Source: Nitrospiraceae bacterium
Lineage (GTDB): Bacteria; Nitrospirota; Nitrospiria; Nitrospirales; Nitrospiraceae
Length of the DNA stretch: 20,000 bases
Assembly (NCBI GenBank): GCA_037442105.1
Contig: JBBIQV010000012.1
Coordinates: forward strand, 50,067-70,066
Reading direction: 5' to 3'
This document shows positions 17,532 through 20,000 of this stretch, piece by piece (the first letter of the stretch is position 1; each line of letters opens with the position of its first letter). The notes under the pieces are model-generated. The model saw only the letters and a list, made by a program, of their open reading frames with translations. It was not told the DNA's origin and did no database searches. The translations under genes were made by a program, and so were the position numbers.

Positions 17532-17565
17532 GCCTAACGAATGAAGGTGGGGGGCGCGATTAGAC
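17532..17565 (-). repeat. Internally deleted attC site 6 (34 bp)
   Basis: Minus strand GTCTAAT (contains the stop of the upstream gene), N20, GTTAGGC. L boxes are missing. Confidence 0.55.
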
Positions 17566-17985
17566 AAGGCGCTTGCCTTTCCGATAATGCGCGGGCGAAA
17601 GCCGTTTGATGGAATCAAACGCGGATTTGTAGGCGGCCGCTTCCCAAAGCCACGCCTCTTGAACTTCGTACTGCGGGTTATAGAGAAGCCATACCAGAAA
17701 ATCCCAATTGTAATTCTTCGCCTTCGGCACTAGCGTAACAACGCTACCAGGTTTGCCGCTGGGACGATTTGCTTTGACTTGATACCGCCAGTTGTTGAAC
17801 GTGAAGTCGTAGCCCTTCTGAACTGCTGTTGCTCCACACATGGACGCGGAATAGTGCTCCGCTGAGCAACCGACCAGCATGGTGGCATCAAATTCTGAAA
17901 GCGCTGACGTAATGGAAGGCGCAATACCGAAAGTGCGTTCCCATGCGAGAGCCGCTTCCACGAGTTTTTGGCGGAGATCGTTCAT
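17560..17985 (-). CDS. Hypothetical protein, possible PD-(D/E)XK-type nuclease
   Basis: SE..KGYDF..RYQVKA motif. ATG lies 4 nt after the GTTAGGC core, as in a promoterless cassette. Confidence 0.6.
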   Translation of the reverse strand: MNDLRQKLVEAALAWERTFGIAPSITSALSEFDATMLVGCSAEHYSASMCGATAVQKGYDFTFNNWRYQVKANRPSGKPGSVVTLVPKAKNYNWDFLVWLLYNPQYEVQEAWLWEAAAYKSAFDSIKRLSPAHYRKGKRLV

Positions 17986-17996
17986 AAGCGCCTAAC

Positions 17997-19758
17997 GAGC
18001 CTGTAGAAAAACCACTTTCGAAACGCTAGCAAATGCACGCCCAGCGCGCAAACGATCGCGGGGCTGGGTTGTCGTGGAGAACGAGTGGCGTTTAGGCATA
18101 GTGGCTCCGGGTTCCCCGCATTAACTCGTCCCACAGTGGGCGATTTTCTCGATATTGTGGACCAGGGTGAACAGCTTCCATTGGGCACCCACCTTTCGTG
18201 TGCCTCGCAGCGTGAAGCGCCGCAACCCCTTGTTCTGGAGGTTCGCGAACACCGGCTCGACGATGGCAATGCGCTGGTTGTAGACGAAGCGCCCCAGGAG
18301 GGTGTCGAACTTGCGCTTCATCTTCTCGAGGGGCTTCTCCTTGCGTGATTCGGCTGCGCCGATGAAGATCGTGACCTGCTTGGTTGCTGTCTTCTGCGGC
18401 GTGGTGAGGCAGCGATGGCGTACGAGGCACGGGCCGCAGACGGATTTGGCGCCCCGGAACTTCACGCCGAGATAACCGTGGACGTCAATATTGTTGCCGT
18501 TGCGGTACAGGGGGTGACCGGCCGGACACCGGCAGGTTCGGTTCTTTTCGTCGTCGTCGAAGTCTTTGGCCGTGTAGCGGTCGCCGTTTCGACCGGCGCG
18601 TCGGCGTTTCTCTTCGCGGGAGCGCTCTTTGTAGCGATCCGCCTCGGCAAACGCGGGATCACGTTGGCGATGTTGGCGGTCGGCGATGTAGGCGTCGATG
18701 TGATGGTCTTGCGTGTACTGAACACTCGCCTGGCTGGAATAGCCGGCATCGGCGGTGAGTTTGGTTTTCCCGAAGATATCGTCGTCGATACCGGCGGATT
18801 GGCATTGCTCCCGCGTGCTTTCGATCATCGGTGCCAAGAGGTGAGCCTCCTGGCCCTCGCCGTGGGCCTGCGCATTCACCACGATTTGGTGTGTGGCATC
18901 GACCACCGCAATGCCGTTGTAGCCCTGAATCACACCGTGATGGGTCGACATCTTGGCACTGTCCGGGTCGGTGATGTTGCTCTTTCTCTCGTTGCCGCTG
19001 GGGCCCACATTCTTCTTGGCGCTTCTCAGAAAGCTCTTGATCTTGTCGATCTTGCGCTCGTAGGTGGCGCGTTTCTTCTCCTCCTGGGCAAGGATGGGGG
19101 AGAGCTTCTCCTGGGCATCTTGTGCCTGGTGCCGGGCGACGATCTTCTTGGCCGCCGCTTCGAGCTTCTTCTGCTTGCGGCGCAGATCCTGGTGCGTGCC
19201 GCTCCATTGCTTGGAGGCGTTGCCCGGCAGCTTGCAGCCGTCGATGGCCAATGTATCGCGGCCGATCAGATTGAGCTCACTGGCGTACATCAACACATCC
19301 GTGAAGACGCTCGCCACTTCCCGGGGCATCTGCGCGACAAAGTCCGCGATCGTCGTGCAGTGCGGACGGGCGTCGGCGGAAAGCGCCATACACTGCACGT
19401 GGCGCTCGCAGGCTTCGGCGAGCCGGCGACTCGACACGATGCCCTTGTCGTAGCCGTACACCACGACCTTCAGCAGCACCGCGGGATCGTAGGCCAACCG
19501 CCCGGTGTCGTCGTTCGTGTAGCGAGCTTCAAAGGGCGTCAGATCGATGTGCTGCTCGACGATCTCATCTAAGGCGTATTCGAAGGAACCCGGCAGGATC
19601 TGGTCGCGGAAGGAGAGGGGGATGAACTTGCCCTGGTCGACGTCGTAGGGCTGTAGCGGGCCATCGACACCTCCTGTCCTGAGCTGAGCGGTGCGGGATC
19701 ACCAACCAACCGACGATGGCCGGATTTTACATGAGAAGAGTAGTTTTTCTACAGGCTC
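17997..19758 (-). mobile_element. IS1182-family insertion sequence
   Basis: 20-bp terminal IRs with 19/20 match (GAGCCTGTAGAAAAACCACT at 17997-18016, AGTAGTTTTTCTACAGGCTC at 19739-19758). Flanked by an AAC duplication. Confidence 0.9.
18121..19664 (-). pseudogene. IS1182-family DDE transposase, frameshifted at codon 5
   Basis: GGAGG, then ATG GCC CGC TAC AG CCC TAC GAC (1 nt missing). Motifs AYDPAVLLK, IDGCKL, TDPDS, QGYN, ADAGY, VEPVFA, HNIEK. Confidence 0.8.
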
Positions 19759-19815
19759 AACGTTGGCGATGAGCTGCGCCGTCTTCTGGCGTCGGTCTCC
19801 ATCGCCTTGTTAGGC
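19759..19815 (-). repeat. attC site 7, split by the IS (rest of core at 17990-17996)
   Basis: Reconstructed minus strand GCCTAAC-AAGGCGATGGAGACCGACGCCAGAAGACGGCGCAGCTCATCGCCAAC-GTTAGGC, a canonical attC. Confidence 0.88.
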
Positions 19816-19843
19816 ATGGGCTCTCTCAGACACGCTCGCATCG

Positions 19844-19999
19844 TTACGAACTGCCAGTGCGGAGGAGTTCCACCACAGCATCGACGACCTGCTTCAACGA
19901 TTGCGGCTTGAGTGTGGCAACCTCCGAGACAATGAGATCCAGATTGGCGGTGAAGAGTTTGCCTGAGCGAGCGTAACTCAGGACTCGTAGCGACCCAGT
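19844..19999 (-). CDS. PemK/MazF-family toxin, C-terminal part
   Basis: Manual translation TGSLRVLSYARSGKLFTANLDLIVSEVATLKPQSLKQVVDAVVELLRTGSS*. Confidence 0.7.
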   Translation of the reverse strand, partial: TGSLRVLSYARSGKLFTANLDLIVSEVATLKPQSLKQVVDAVVELLRTGSS

Positions 20000-20000
20000 G

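Larger units (their letters stand above)
13509..20000 (-). mobile_element. Integron-type gene-cassette array (distal end; integrase not in window)
   Basis: Series of attC sites between short, co-oriented minus-strand genes. Several stop codons fall in the RYYTAAC inverse core. Confidence 0.88.

Noticed and set aside
18415..19572. 385-aa plus-strand ORF
   Set aside because: Antisense shadow of the transposase.
13509..19815. CRISPR interpretation of the recurring palindromes
   Set aside because: The repeats are not identical, are spaced by whole genes and have attC box structure. No cas genes are present.

Overview
GC-rich bacterial chromosomal window, Nitrospira-like by gene content (inference). 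The left two-thirds holds mostly housekeeping genes: partial otsB, a stand-alone clpX paralog, a three-gene membrane-protein operon, glutamate formiminotransferase, tusA/dsrE2, a Rieske oxygenase, a Kef-type CPA2 antiporter, a HAD phosphatase, a secreted protein and sdaA. Two things stand out. (1) The 'empty' 1.2 kb between otsB and clpX is a tandem pair of diverged ~460-bp units. Each has its own sigma70-type promoter, a multi-stem RNA fold with compensatory changes between copies, a strong SD, a 23-codon Pro-rich micro-ORF and a 3' hairpin carrying an anti-SD. I cannot assign it to a known RNA family. (2) From ~13.5 kb to the end runs a minus-strand integron-type cassette array with 7 attC sites plus one remnant and no integrase in the window. 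It is packed with type II toxin-antitoxin pairs, several attC cores are degenerate, a MITE lies between two attC-like sites, and a frameshifted IS1182-family element is inserted exactly at an attC GTT core.
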